Positions 41,370-53,643 of a DNA stretch of 64,000 nucleotides are shown here, piece by piece. The notes beneath the pieces were generated by a model. The model searched no databases, was not told the DNA's origin, and saw only the letters and a program-made list of their open reading frames with translations. The stretch is taken from contig NW_024704743.1 in NCBI RefSeq assembly GCF_018977255.1, positions 7,690,001 to 7,754,000 of the forward strand, read 5' to 3'. The DNA is from Callorhinchus milii. Its lineage: Eukaryota. Made by a program: the position numbers and the translations under genes. How positions within the stretch are numbered: position 1 is the first letter of the stretch; the number at the start of each line of letters is the position of its first letter.

Positions 41370-41705
41370 AAATTACATTTATAGAGCGCCTTTCACGTCG
41401 GAGGACGTCCCAAAGCGCTGAACAGTCAGGTGTCGGGGTCCGAGTATGGGGGAGGGATGGTGTAGGGCTGAGGAAAGGCAGAGAGGTGGGAGGGCGACCA
41501 AAGGCATGATCGAAGAGAAGGGTCTAGAGACCGGCCTTGAAGGAGACAAGGGAAGAAGTGAGGTGAAGGGACCGTGGGATGGAGTTCCAGAGTGTGTGGG
41601 CAGAGAGGCTGAAAGCCCGGCCACCGATGGTAGGGCGGTTTGGGCAGGAAACATGGAGCAGGCCGGAGCCCGCTGAATGGATGGAGCGGGCAGGTTGGTA
41701 GAGAA
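41370..41705 (-). mobile_element. L2 LINE 3' fragment (same subfamily as 21404-22825)
   Basis: GCGCCTTTCACGTCGGAGGACGTCCCAAAGCGC is the reverse complement of the L2 tail; GGAGTTCCAGAG motif. Confidence 0.85.
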
Positions 41706-42339
41706 TCTCCTACATTCAAAAAGCAACAGATTGTATCTGTTTTTTGAGAAATGTTTGACAGTGAGACACCATTTGTGCAGTTTTGAATGTAGAGATTGAA
41801 TGCTTTTACGGGTTAAGTTTAAGGAACATAATGTGGTCTAATGGACCTTTTTATCAGAAACAGTTGCTGGAATAGTCTCCTCAAGCGTTTCCCAACAGCT
41901 GGTTTTGTTTATATCCTGTTGTTAATGTTCTTATGATGCTGTACACTGTGTTTTGGGACAATTATTTTGGCTGAATTAGTTTCACTTCGCCTTTCGGTTA
42001 AAGGGTTGCGGTTTCAAGTCTCAAGTTGGACTGACAGTCCCAGATGCACTGCAGCACCTCCGTTTTTAGATGACCTGATGCCCTTGGGAGACAGACGTTA
42101 AACCAAGGTCTGTCTAATCAGGTGGTTGTTAGAAAGAATTTGTGATTCTGTTTCAAAACAGAAAAGAACAGGGAATTTCTTCCGCTTTCCTGGCCAACAA
42201 TCCTCCAGATAAATTGCTCATTCACTTCATGGCTGCTTGTGGGACATTTTGCTGTGCAAGTTGGTTGCATTGTCTGCTTACAGATAGACAGCCCCTACAT
42301 CTGAAACGCTTTGAGGAGTTTCAACTGTATTACGTGTTA

Positions 42340-43140
42340 CAACGACAACAACTTGCATTTATATAGCGCCCTTCAGACGGGTAATGTCCCGGAGTGCTTC
42401 ACAGTGCCGGAATCTGACAATGACCCAAGGGGAGGGGCGAGGTGACTAAGTATGATCAAAAGGGAAGGTTTTTAGGCATGAATTGAAGGTGGGGAGGGAG
42501 GGGACAAGGTGAAGGGATTGAGAGAGTGAGTTCCAGAGTTTTGGGGCATAGTAGCTGAAACTACGACCACTGATGGTGGAGCGGAGGACATGAGGGACAA
42601 GTAGGAGGCTAGAGCCAGCTGAGCGGAGGCAGTGGGTGGTGAGTTGGGGGTAAGCAGGTTGGAGAGGTAGGGAGGTGTGAGGGCATGAAGTCATTTGAAA
42701 ATGAGTGAGAGGATCTTGAAGTTGATCTGTTCGGTGTTTGGGAGCCAGTGGAGCCTGACTAGGACTGGTGTGATGGGGGAATGGAGTTTCATATGGGTGA
42801 GTATCTGGGCTGCAGAGTTTTGAATTCATTGGGTTTTGTGGAGCTGGGGAGACCAGCGAGGAGGCCATTGGAATAGTCCAGCTGGGAAGTGACGAAGGCG
42901 TGGACAAGGGCTTCAGTTGTGAGGTATGGACGGAGACGGGCAACATGGCAGAGGTGGAAAAAAGTAGTCCTGATCAGGGAATGAATGTGTGGGAGAAAGG
43001 AAAGCTGGGGTTCGAACCTGACCCCTAGGTTGCACACAGGTTTAGAGAGTCTGAGGGAGAGACCAGGGAGGTTGAAGAGTTCAGACCTGCAGGAGAGAGG
43101 ACGTTGACGAGAACCAAAGAGCATGGCTTCCATCTTGCCG
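42340..43140 (-). mobile_element. L2 LINE 3' fragment
   Basis: Minus-strand ORFs with VCNLGVRFEPQLSF, SQLDYSNGLL and APKLWNSL; (CAA)n tail. Confidence 0.88.
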
Positions 43141-44800
43141 ACATATGAGATATTTCAATGTTCCAGTCACTATATCAAATGCAAGGATTATTATTACTAA
43201 CATGAGTTAGTGCAGCTTTCAGGAGAATGGCCCGTTCTCTTCAATGTATTTAAATATTAGGTGTCACTGCCCTGCAGGCAGATTGACTTTCCTCTGAACT
43301 GAACCCAATTGCTGAGAGCACAATGTTTTTCTTAACAAAAACTAAATGTACTGTGATTTCACAGATTAAGCACAGGCTGCAACAACTCTGTTTAAACCTC
43401 TCATCGTTTTGCTCACCAAGTCGCTGCAGATGTTGGGGGCCAAGCATAGATCCTTGAGGGATCTACATATTAGGGATAGGAGTAAAATACAGTCCATTTA
43501 TCACAACCTGCTGATCACATCCACTGAGCAAGTTGTATGTTCAGTTCAGTTACATCTCCTTGGCAGACAAGTTTCTCAATGAGGCTGGGTTGCCATAACC
43601 CTAGTGTTGGCTATATAAATGTGGGGGCCGCTACCATAATTTTATGTTTGAAATTGAAAGAATCTCTAGCTTTTGCAGATATACTGTCCTTGTTTGGTTG
43701 AATGAGTTTGTTACCGTAGTTTTGTACCCATCTCCTTCATCTAATCGAATCCGGCTATCTCTTTTTAGGAAATGAGTCACGTGCCACAACCTTAGGTAAA
43801 ACTACATCTGACAACCACAATTGATTTGTTTTGATCAGCCGGGTGTCTGACACATGCAGAAACCCATCACCATGGTTGAGAGTATCCAAACCAGACTGAG
43901 TTCCACACAGTTATGTCACCTACACTTGTATCAGCCTACCCATTGAGGCTTTGGCTTCCAGGGTTAACTGGAGCTGAGTGAGAAGAATATCTGCCCTCCT
44001 GCCAACAAACCTGGCTGGCTGGCTGGCTTGACATCAACAGTATCCTGCAGTGGTACAGCTCAAATTAGCTCAAGAACCGGACAGCAGTCAAATCAACTTT
44101 ATAGTATATTCTGTGAAGCGCTTTGAGACATCTCAAAGACTTGAGGCACTATTTCAAATACAAGGATTATCATTAGTATTATTAAGAAAGATTCACTTGA
44201 TTTCAACATTTCCTTGCCAAGCACATCACCTCTCCAAGGAGACTCCACTTACTTCTTTTCCCCTCCGTTCTCCCTCCAAGGAGGAGCAAAGATAGGACCC
44301 TGATGCACACCATGTTTCTATGCGAGGCCAAGTAGAGAAAGCGTTGAGAATACAAAGTGGAGGTGATCGGTCAAGTGGAACTCAGTGCATCTCGGTGGAT
44401 GTGAATGAGAGTAAAGGTGGTCAAGGAGGATAAGAGTTGATGACAATGTTGAAGGCAGCAGAGAGATCGGGTTGAGGAGGCATAGGGACCCCTGGTCACA
44501 GAGTGAGTCTACATTGTTCGACAAGGGCTGCCTTGATGCTGTTGAGCAGGACAGAGGCTGGTTAAGATCAAATTGTCAAAGAACTAGGGGATAGATTCCC
44601 ATCCTTGGCCACAGAATATGATGACTTTGAGAGATCTAAAGGTATGAGTCACAGAAGGAGATCAGAAGGAAGGGGATGGCTGAGTGGAATAAAAAGGTGC
44701 ATATAGCGTTTCAGTCGAGGCCTGTGCAATGAAAATACTAATGTTCTTTAAAAAAAACATTGTTTTTTAAATGAGGTACGTCATTAGGTATGTCATTACA

Positions 44801-44907
44801 TTTTGCCCACAAATATATAGTCAATTCACTTTACAGTCTATTCTGTGAAGCGCTTTGAGATGTCTAGAAGACGTCAAATGCAAGGATTATTATTACTATT
44901 ATATTAC
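44801..44907 (+). mobile_element. SINE 3' tail fragment about 80 nt upstream of the SVIL start exon
   Basis: GTCAATTCACTTTACAG...AAGCGCTTTGAGATGTC...AAATGCAAGGATTATT. Confidence 0.8.
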
Positions 44908-44983
44908 TTGCTTGTACCTCTTGAGTTGCAGAGTTTGCATTCGGACATATAAATATGTCTCTTTAAATACATCTCTTTCTTAG

Positions 44984-45033
44984 TTTCAGAACTTCGAAAA
45001 CTTTTTGAAGCTGGTCAGAAAGCCACTGTCGAA
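44984..45033 (+). CDS. SVIL: 5' part of the start exon: UTR for the canonical form, open in frame (VSELRKLFEAGQKATVE) if spliced from 25151
   Basis: No stop codon between the acceptor at 44983 and ATG 45034 in the SVIL frame; a second in-phase acceptor (cAG) lies at 44988-44989. Confidence 0.55.
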
Positions 45034-45041
45034 ATGAACAG
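45034..45041 (+). CDS. SVIL: Supervillin canonical start exon, coding part (ATG AAC AG = M-N-R); whole exon about 44984-45041
   Basis: Acceptor ctctttcttAG at 44982-44983; GAAATGAACAG followed by GT donor (gtattg) at 45042; joins in phase 2 to the next exon to give [13 protein letters not shown], matching the supervillin N-terminus [13 protein letters not shown] as I recall it. Confidence 0.88.
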
Positions 45042-45289
45042 GTATTGAGGGAATTTATACACGATCATTTTGGATACAAAAATGAGAAGGGAAAAATTTG
45101 ATGATCCATGAAGCTATAGTCTTCTGTTAGCGTCATTGTAAATTATTCATTCTGCTTCCCTTGATTTTTTTATTGCGTGTGTTGTGTGGTGTTTGGATTC
45201 TTAAAAAGTTATAGTTCGTGTTGGGCTTTGCTGTATTCAGTGCAACACCGTTTTGCACTCATTGTCCTGTCGCGCTTTGTCCCGTGCAG

Positions 45290-45441
45290 GAAAGAGCGAA
45301 TTGCCAGACGTTTGGAAGGAATTGAGAATGACACACAACCAGTGCTCTTACAAAACTGTCCTGGTTTAGTCACTCATCGCTTGCTGGAGGAAGATACTCC
45401 TAGGTACACACGAGCTTCTGATGCTTGTAGCCCATGCTTGG
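45290..45441 (+). CDS. SVIL: Supervillin coding exon 2 ([50 protein letters not shown])
   Basis: Near-identical to the human SVIL N-terminus ([39 protein letters not shown]); tgcAG acceptor at 45288-45289, GTaaga donor at 45442; 152 nt, phase 2 to 1. Confidence 0.97.
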
Positions 45442-46099
45442 GTAAGAGTTTTTTTTTCAAAAGTTGTCCATCATTTTGTGCTTCAGTGATGTTGTGTGTT
45501 ATAAACGCGTTTCATAGAATGTTAGCAATACAAGAGGCCGTTCACTCCATTGTGCTGGACTCCTTTAAGAAATATTTTCTGCTGGAATGGGATGAGGTGT
45601 AGGGTGGATACAAATGAACCAAAAGGCCTTCTTCGTCCAAATCATTTGTGTGATCTTGTGGTGTTGGTCCCACCACTGAGTTCTACTCTATTACCAATTA
45701 CCCTATTCTTTTGCCGCATACTTACAATTTATATTGCAATAGACTATTTACCCGGTTCCACTTTAAATACTATAACTTCAGATGACCATACACCCCCAAT
45801 TTCCAGGGATAGTCATTGTTGTTGTTGTAGTCCCTTGATGATCTCTGAGACACTACCTTGTGTGAGGGGCCCTATATAAGTGCAAGTTATTATTGTTGGA
45901 TGAGGTATTGTGTCCCTTTGCCCTGTCTGGAGTTCAGCAACAAACTGAGTAAGAACAATAACATTCTAAAACAGATACACTCATCAGAGAAACACACCCA
46001 TTAATCCAACAAGCTTCTCCAGTGCTGCCAGCATCAGCAATTACAGTGAGTTTAATCATTTTTTATACGTGTCCCCGGATTTGGTTTACAAAATATGGA

Positions 46100-46740
46100 A
46101 GGGTGGAAAGCGGGGGTCAAGCACAATCAAAGAGGAGGGTCTTGAGATGGGTCTTGAAGGAGGCAACGGAAGGGGTGAGGCGGAGGGACCGCGGCATGGA
46201 GTTCCAGAGGGTGGGGGCTGAGTGGCAGAAGCCCCTCCCCCGCCAATGGTGGGGCAGGCGAAGCTGGAGCCGCTGAGCGGAGGGAGCGGGGAGGATGGTA
46301 GGGGTGAGCAAAGCCATGGAGGGCTTTGAAGGTAAGGACCAGGATCTTGAACTGTGTCCTCTGTGTGATGGGAAGCCAGTGGAGTCAGCCGAGGGTGTGG
46401 GTGATAGGGTCACGGAGCCTGGTGCAGGAGAGGAAACGGGCTGCAGAGTTCTGGATGATCTGCAGCCTATAGAGGATGGAGTTGGGGAGGCCGACAAGCA
46501 AGGCGTTTGCAAAGTCAAGCCTCGATGTAATGAAAGTGTGTATGAGGGTTTCGGCGGCCTGTGGTGTGAGACAGTGGCTGAGCCAGGCGATGTTGCAGAG
46601 GTGGGGGAAGGCAGAGCCGGTCATGGCATGGATGGTAGAAAGGATAGTTGAGGGGCAAACAAGACGCCAAAGTTCCGGACTGGCTTAGTAAGGTGGAGTG
46701 TGCAACCATGGATGGTAATGCTGTCAACGCCTGAGGTGTG
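46100..46740 (-). mobile_element. L2 LINE 3' fragment
   Basis: Minus-strand ORFs with TSRLDFANALL, LQIIQNSAARFL and APTLWNSMP...FKTHLKTLLF. Confidence 0.88.
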
Positions 46741-47222
46741 ACAGCATCCAGCCGGGTCCACAGTATTCCAGGGCACTGCTGATGACAGCATCGCCAGCCT
46801 GGCTCGTCGGCAGGACTTGGAAGGGCAGACCAGTCACTGGGCCAGGGAGTCATCCCACTCAGCTCCTGTTGACCCTGCAAGCCAAAGCCCGAATGGTTAG
46901 AGTGGTCCTAGCTGGACAAGCAGTGGGAAAGCTTGCCAGACAGCAATATCAATGGCAAGCTATGCATTTTTAACTGGTTAGACTCCAGCAGTGACCCCCA
47001 ACGCACACTCTGGGGTCCCCAAACCTTGGCTCTTGCCAATCTGCGCCTAATACTTTCTGGAATAGGTAAGCAGGATGTGTTCTTCTAGGGGGAGAGAATG
47101 GGCATTCCATTCCAACAATCTATCTCTGGGATTTCCATGTATAAGTAGGATGCATGAAATTCTCAGCTTGGTTTGGATACACAGAGTGATGGGTATCCAC
47201 GTGTGACAGACATCCGGCTGAG
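46740..47222 (+). repeat. Longest copy of an unclassified dispersed repeat (other copies at about 31455-31727 +, 35600-35950 +, 39320-39740 +, 43835-44035 -, 55250-55460 -, 58575-58625 -)
   Basis: Shared blocks CTCAGCTCCTGTT(A/G)ACCCTG, TAGCTGG...ACTCCAGCAG, GGGGTCCCCAA, CTGGAATA(A)GGTAAGCAGGATG, TGGTTTGGATAC and ATGTGTCAGACA. Confidence 0.8.
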
Positions 47223-48199
47223 CCCCCCCCCNAAATTCTACTGCGCTGGCGGGAAAGTCGAAAGAGGTGGTGCTTACGTACAAGGAGGGCAAAACGAGAG
47301 GGATTTGCTCATGGTATTGTAGTGCACCACCTGGTGGCCTAACCAAGAACAATATTAGCAGAGACTTGGCAGCTGGGCACCTGTCTGCATTTTTAGCTGG
47401 AATCGTGAGTAATGCACAGGACTTGGAACGTTTTCTTCAATGCATCAATCAAATGTGCTAGTCACAGGGTCTGGTATTTTGAGCATAGGCTTCTGCCATG
47501 TATTGTTCTTTGCCAGTCAGGTCTTTGGATAACAAAACAGGAGGAACCGTCTTTGCACAGAGGGTGGTGAGAATGTGGAACTCACTGTCAAAAGCCGCTG
47601 TTGAACCAGGAAACATCAATGCTTTTAAGAGCAAATTTGATGCATATGTGAACTAGAGGGGTGAGGCAAATAGAAGAGGTGGAGGCTTATGCTGCACAGT
47701 CTATGTAATCCTTGGTAATTCTGTGCAACAAAGTGTCTGTTGATCTGACAACAACAACAACAACTTCCATTTATATAGAGCCCTTCATGCTGATAGTGTC
47801 TGAGTTGACGTTATTGAGACCCACTAGAGCTGGGAGTTTAAACCACTCAGCAAAGCTGAAGTGTCCAGATAATAATAATAATACTCATTGCATTTGATAT
47901 ATAGCATCTTATCACATCGTCGAGATTTATATTACTTCACAGGATATAATGTAAAGTGGATTGACTGCGCATTTTGTGTGTGAACGATATGTGTACTTAG
48001 ATTAAACTTGCTCTTAATAGAGTTCTTAGCTCGACAAGCCTGTATTTAAATACTTTGTCAGGAAAGCACAAAAAACGTGAGACTAATCGATCCAGGCCTA
48101 TGCTAGTTCACCTTTTAGTGAACAGTAGCCTGGAGCTAAGGTAAACATCCTAACTCTACCGATGTTCACTAAGACGCAAAAAATTCTCGCTGGTCATTT

Positions 48200-48380
48200 A
48201 TAATAATAATAATACTTACATTTCATATAGCGCCTTCTCACGTCATTGCGATGTCTCAAAGCTCTTCACAGAATATACTGTAAAGTGGATTGTCTTTGTA
48301 CTTTGTGGGCAAAACGCGGCAGCCAACTGGCACACAGCAGCGTCCCACAAACAGTCGTGGACTGAGAGACCAAATTTTTT
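48200..48380 (-). mobile_element. SINE 3' portion
   Basis: Reverse complement of the family tail and Deu-like region. Confidence 0.8.
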
Positions 48381-48481
48381 TATGGATGTGGGACGTGACA
48401 TGGGGAGAACACTGAAGAGGAGACAAATGGATGAAATTATATCAATAAATTAACCTTTATAAACACTGTGTCTTTGTCTAG

Positions 48482-49136
48482 CTAGAAGATCGGATAATGA
48501 AGGATTAGACCATCAGTCAACTGAAGACCTGTCAGAAAGGCAGTCGAGGCCCAGATGCCGTGAAGAGCCTGACCATATGCACAGCGAGTCCAAGTATATG
48601 GTTGGCATGGACACCGAAGCACTAGAAGCCAAAGCTGAAAGAATAGCCAGATACAAGGCTGAGAGAAGACGACAGCTGGCCGAAAAGTATGGCATTGCCC
48701 TGGACTCTGAACCTGACAGCAATACGCAGAGAAACCCGCGATCGCGGAAGGAGGTTGAGTTGGATGAAAAGGTGCCGTCGCAGCCAGATCACAGCGATGA
48801 CTCGAGTCCAGTGCAGAGTTCTAGGGTTGAAATGGTCTGGGAACCAAAGACGCTTTCGCCTGGTGCTCCGAATGAAAGTTTCTTCTCCGACAGAGTTGAT
48901 TTCTCTGAGAGAGAAACCCTCCTCAACAAAGAAAACCACAAAAGAGCGCATAAAGCGATTGCCAAAGGAAGAGACTGGGAGCTGACGTGCGATCGCGACT
49001 TTAACGAGTCTACCGTGACCGACGCTCCAGGCTCGCCACCGTCCCCTCGGAGGTTTTCGCTTTCCTCCCCAAAGCGGTCCATTGAGTCATGTGATTCAGT
49101 TAGTGAGCAATGCCAGAGTTTGCAGAGTAAAAGAGG
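48482..49136 (+). CDS. SVIL: Supervillin coding exon 3 (ARRSDNEG...MDTEALEAKAERIARYKAERRRQLAEKYGIALD...QSKRG)
   Basis: Contains the hallmark supervillin motif KAERIARYKAERRRQLAEKYG; acceptor ctttgtctAG at 48480-48481, donor GTaagg at 49137; 655 nt, phase 1 to 2; open throughout. Confidence 0.96.
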
Positions 49137-49487
49137 GTAAGGATTTATTTAAATAATTCACGTATCTCGTTTTGTCCGGGCGTCTACTCCATTGCATAGG
49201 CACGGAATATTCGAGTAACTATTGCGGGCAGATTCTATTTTAAGAAAGACTGCCAATAAAATGAGAGGCTACGTAGAAAGAAGAAAAAAAATTGCATTCT
49301 TACAGTGCCTCATCACACTGCAACACTTTGAAGTTCTTCCAAGTAATTACTGTTAAGTGCAGTGCCTTTCTTATTGCAGGCAAACTAATATCAGGACAAG
49401 AGGGTAAAACGCAGTTAGTCAAGGGTCCAATTTCCTGTGATTCAATGTGATACTGAACATTCAATTTTTTTTAAAAACTAGATGTGT

Positions 49488-49665
49488 AGTAATAATAATA
49501 ATAATTCTTGCATTTGATATAGAGCTTTATCACATCGTTGGAACATCTCAAAGCGTTTCACAGAATATACTGTCAAGTGAATTGACTACTTTATGGGTGA
49601 AACGTGGTAGCCAATTGCACACAGCAGTGTCCCACAAACAGTCGTGGATTGAGTGACCAAATTAT
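49488..49665 (-). mobile_element. SINE 3' portion
   Basis: (AAT)n TTGCATTTGATATAG...CCCACAAACAGTCGTGGATTGAGTGACC. Confidence 0.82.
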
Positions 49666-50069
49666 TATAATGCATTTCAGTACTGTAGGATGGTTCTGTG
49701 GTATACTTTGTGCAGAATTGGGTGATTGATTACTGAATTCTTTTAATTTGATTTCACTGAGAACTAAATAGTAATAGTCATTGGGGAAACCGGTGCAAAT
49801 GCTGTGACTGACTAGTTGTAAAAAGCCCTGTGTACGTAGAATGTTAAAATCTGCCCTATCTCTGTGCTGCTCGTATCTGAAGCAGGTTCCCATTTGGGAT
49901 CAAATTGTTTTTTATTTCGGTCGCTCTCCGAAGGAGGTAGAACAGTAAATGCAGTGACGTTGGGAGATCTAAAAGCAACAATTATTTTCGATTTTTTTTT
50001 TGCCTCAGCTTGGAACATTTACTGAAGTGGTTTCAAATACCTCATTTGTGAATGCTCAATTTTCATAGC

Positions 50070-50350
50070 TGTTACACAGAATGTTGCAGCATGGAAATTG
50101 GCCATTCCACCAAGCTTATCATTGCCAGTGTTTATACCCCTTTCGAGTCCCCTCTCCCATACTCCTCTATTCCATTCCTCCCCCATGTATCCATCAGGTT
50201 TCCTTTTTAAAGACATGGATGGTATTTGCTGCAACCACTACTTCCCACAATGAGTTCCACAATCTCACCACCCTCCGTGTAAAGAAGTTCCTCCTAAGAT
50301 CCCACTTACATGTGCTCCTGCCTGTCTTATATTGATGCACCCTTGTTTTG
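50070..50350 (-). mobile_element. CR1-type LINE 3' end
   Basis: GAGTTCCACAATCTCACCACCCTCCGTGTAAAGAAG, the reverse complement of the CR1 FTxRVVxxWNxL motif. Confidence 0.7.
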
Positions 50351-52559
50351 GATCACCAAACAACTTAACCCCTTTTCTGCTAGCAGGTAATGTCTGTTTC
50401 TCCCTGATACATTTTGAGCTCTTACACTATGATGCTGAAACAGTTTGTTTCTACAAGTAATAAGGTTACTCTGCTGTAAGGAGCAGCTTTATTACTGTAA
50501 TAACCACAAGCTATAAACTACTGAAAGGGTTCACGCCTAGTCACCCAGTCAACCTTCCCTTTTCCCCCCCCCTTGCCTGTTCTTCCCTTTTCCTGTTCTT
50601 TTTTATTTATGTTCAATTTAACTTTTACCACACTGATTTAATCTCTTCTGCTTATTGTAACTTTCTATTCTTGATCGCACCCTTTGCTCTGCTGTTTTCC
50701 GCCGTCTTGCAGCTCACACCCTCCACTTCTGAGGCAAGAGTGATATTTGATTCAATTGGCAGTTTGAGTGAAACTGGCCAGTTTCGAAAGCCAGATGTTC
50801 TGCTCAGTTGGCCAAGAAGATATTAAATGTTGGCTTGGCTGCATGGTAGCCCCGACCAGGTCAATCTTTGTTGAAACATGTGAAATGGAAAGGGCTGGCT
50901 GATCACTGTCTTCATTTGTCAGCAGATTGATTCTAGCCAAATCATTCTGGGCAAGGTAATGGTTAACCCATGCGGCATCTCAGTAGACACATTGAATTTA
51001 TAAGCATTGTTAAAAGCCTAAAGAGTAAATTCTTGCCAGTTATCCCTATGTTCATCCAGTTGATTCACATCTCTTGTAATACAGTTTTCGTTCTTTAGAT
51101 ATATAATGTAGATTAAAATTTAATGCATAGTAGACTTGGGGACATTAAGCGTATGGACAATGTTCTTATTTATAATGTATGATGGTACCTTTACCCTTGG
51201 TGTAAGAACGCAATCATTTAAGTTTTACTTTTAATTTTTGATTTTGTCTCTTCACTCTTCCCCCCCCACACACACATACACACACACAAACACCACTTAT
51301 GTCTGCTTCATCTCAGATGGGGATTTAAAAAAAGGTCTGGTGGCCGCACAACATAAGGTTAACGGCACACAAATGTAAACCACCATTACAACAACCATTC
51401 ATATTCATTTAGTGCCTTTCACATCAGGAGGTTGTTTCACACATCTTGTTGGGGCAGGGGCACCTTTACTAATGAGATATTTCATTAGGAGTATTCTTAC
51501 CTATGAACCAATTATAATATGTGCCTTGAAAAGAGCCTTGTCGAGTTGTATAAGATGTTAAATTGGATAGAGAAAGTAAGTATGGAACAATACTTTCAAA
51601 TCTATTTAGACAGCAGGACAAGAGGGTTGAGTGCTGTGAAGGGTAATCTTAGGACAGTCACCAAGAATGATTTGGATGGTTGAGAACAGAATTTACTTTT
51701 AGGGAGTTAACATTTCCTTTCCTGTAATACCTGTTCTTGTTACGTAATTGGAAGTGTAAACAGTGTTTATTCTGCGTGTGGTCTGACTGTTTTTAGGAGC
51801 ATTTGTTGATTGTGAGGACTTAACTTTTGTGGTGGACTGGAGAGTAGAGACAGAAATTCCAGACTTGACTAACATTCTTATGCCCACTGTTGTTCTAAGG
51901 TCTCCAAGGAAAATAGGTGCCCACAATCCATTGTAATAGTAATCCTCGCTTTTGATATAGCACCTTATTACATTGTCGAAACATCTTAAACTGCTTCACA
52001 GGATTTATGGTAGAGTGTAGTGACTGTATTTTTTGCACCTCCCGACGTGAAAGATGCTGTACAAATGCAATTTTTGTTTGTTTGTTTATTAGCATCTTCA
52101 ACTCAGTAGAGCATGTTAGGTAGTCAGAAAAGAGCTGTATCAGGGTTTAGTGGTGTCCTGGTACAATAGTTGGATTACTTTGTTCATTTAGGAGCTAATG
52201 GGTTAGATCAGTTCTTGCAGTGTTTGCAATTTAGTATTGGATTACTAAAGTGCCCTATTTTTGGGTGTGATGGTTTGAGGACTGTTGACCTACCATTACT
52301 TTTATTGATCACAGAGGTATCCCAATTCAAATCAGTTATTTTTTGCCTCCAATGAGGTCGCTTTTGATACAGCACAGATGATACAATCCCATTCTAAACT
52401 TTGCCTAGACAAATGTAACTTGAAATTGCAGCTAAATCTAATTGTTATAAATGATGTAGAAACCAACCATCACATTGATCTATAAACTAGCCTGTGGTAC
52501 TCGTGAATTATCAACAGTACCTTTGTTTGGCAGTTTTTCTATTTATATAGAAAAAAATT

Positions 52560-52970
52560 AGATAATACAGTGCCTTATTGTGTTGTGTCCCAAAGTGCGT
52601 CACAGGATTTTTCTGTGAAGAGTTACGACTGTGTATTTTGTAAAAAAAAACTTGGCAACTAAATTGCCAAACTCCTACAAATGAGCCATGAAGTAAATGA
52701 CCAATTTGATCTGGGGGATTGTTGGCCAGGATACTGAGGAAACTCCCTTCTCTTTTTGATTTGTGCCATAGGATCTTTAACGTTCACCTCAACAGTCAGG
52801 GGGATCTTAGTTTTACATCTCATCCAAAGGGCACACATCTGAAAATGTATGCTCCCCTGACACTGCATTTGACTATAAGCCTAGACTGAGTTTAAAGTCC
52901 CAACGTGGGGTTTGAACTCACAAACTTCTGCCTCAGAGGTCAGAGTGCTGCCAACTGAGCAGGGCTGACA
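52560..52970 (-). mobile_element. DeuSINE-like element
   Basis: Minus-strand head GTCAGCCCTGCTCAGTTGGCAGCACTCTGACCTCTGAG; GGATCTTTAACGTTCACCT core. Confidence 0.7.
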
Positions 52971-53063
52971 CCTCATGTACTTTGAAATTAGGCACATCTT
53001 GCCTTTCCAGTCACATTTTGTTTCTAAAGTGCAAGTCAAAAGTTTCTAAAATGCTAAAACGCG

Positions 53064-53417
53064 ATGATAATAATAATAATCCTTGGATTTGATATCGCAC
53101 TATCATGTCTTTGAGACGTCTCAAAGCACTTCACAGAATATACTGTAAAGTGAATTGGCTGTGTATTTGGTGGGCGAAACGCAGCAGCCAATTGCGCACA
53201 GCAGCGTCCCACAAGCAGTTGTGCATTTTTTTAAGTGTTTATTACCCCCGGAAAAGCGATCCGTCAATCAACTAACAACTGGGGTCCTAATTATTGCTAG
53301 GTAAACAGAGGCGTGTGGAGTAAGGAAACTTGCCCAACTTTTCGCCCTGCCTGGGAATCGAACCCAGGTCCTCTTGCTTGCAAGGCGAGTGCTCTCACCA
53401 CTGAGCTACAGGTCTCC
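53064..53417 (-). mobile_element. Near full-length tRNA-derived SINE with Deu-like 3' region and (ATT)n tail
   Basis: Minus strand begins GGAGACCTGTAGCTCAGTGG (A box)...GGTTCGATTCC (B box) and ends AAATCCAAGGATTATTATT. Confidence 0.9.
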
Positions 53418-53559
53418 ACAATAGGCAAAAGCACAGAAAAGGGTGCAACATTGGTCACTACGGATTATTGTATCCAAAGCTTGGGAATAGATGCTTATCA
53501 TATATGTCAAATCTATAGCAAATTGACTGGCACTGTCTTTCCGCTATATTTCCATATAG

Positions 53560-53643
53560 CAATTCAATGAAAGTAAGGAATGAGTGGTTGCTGGAGAGAG
53601 ATTCCAATGGCGAAACACCTTCTCTCATCAACTGGCCTTCCAG
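53560..53643 (+). CDS. SVIL: Supervillin small symmetric exon, archvillin-type insert ([27 protein letters not shown]); absent from the ORF track
   Basis: Matches human [21 protein letters not shown]; acceptor tttccatatAG at 53558-53559, donor CAG/GTacc at 53644; 84 nt, phase 2-2. Confidence 0.93.
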
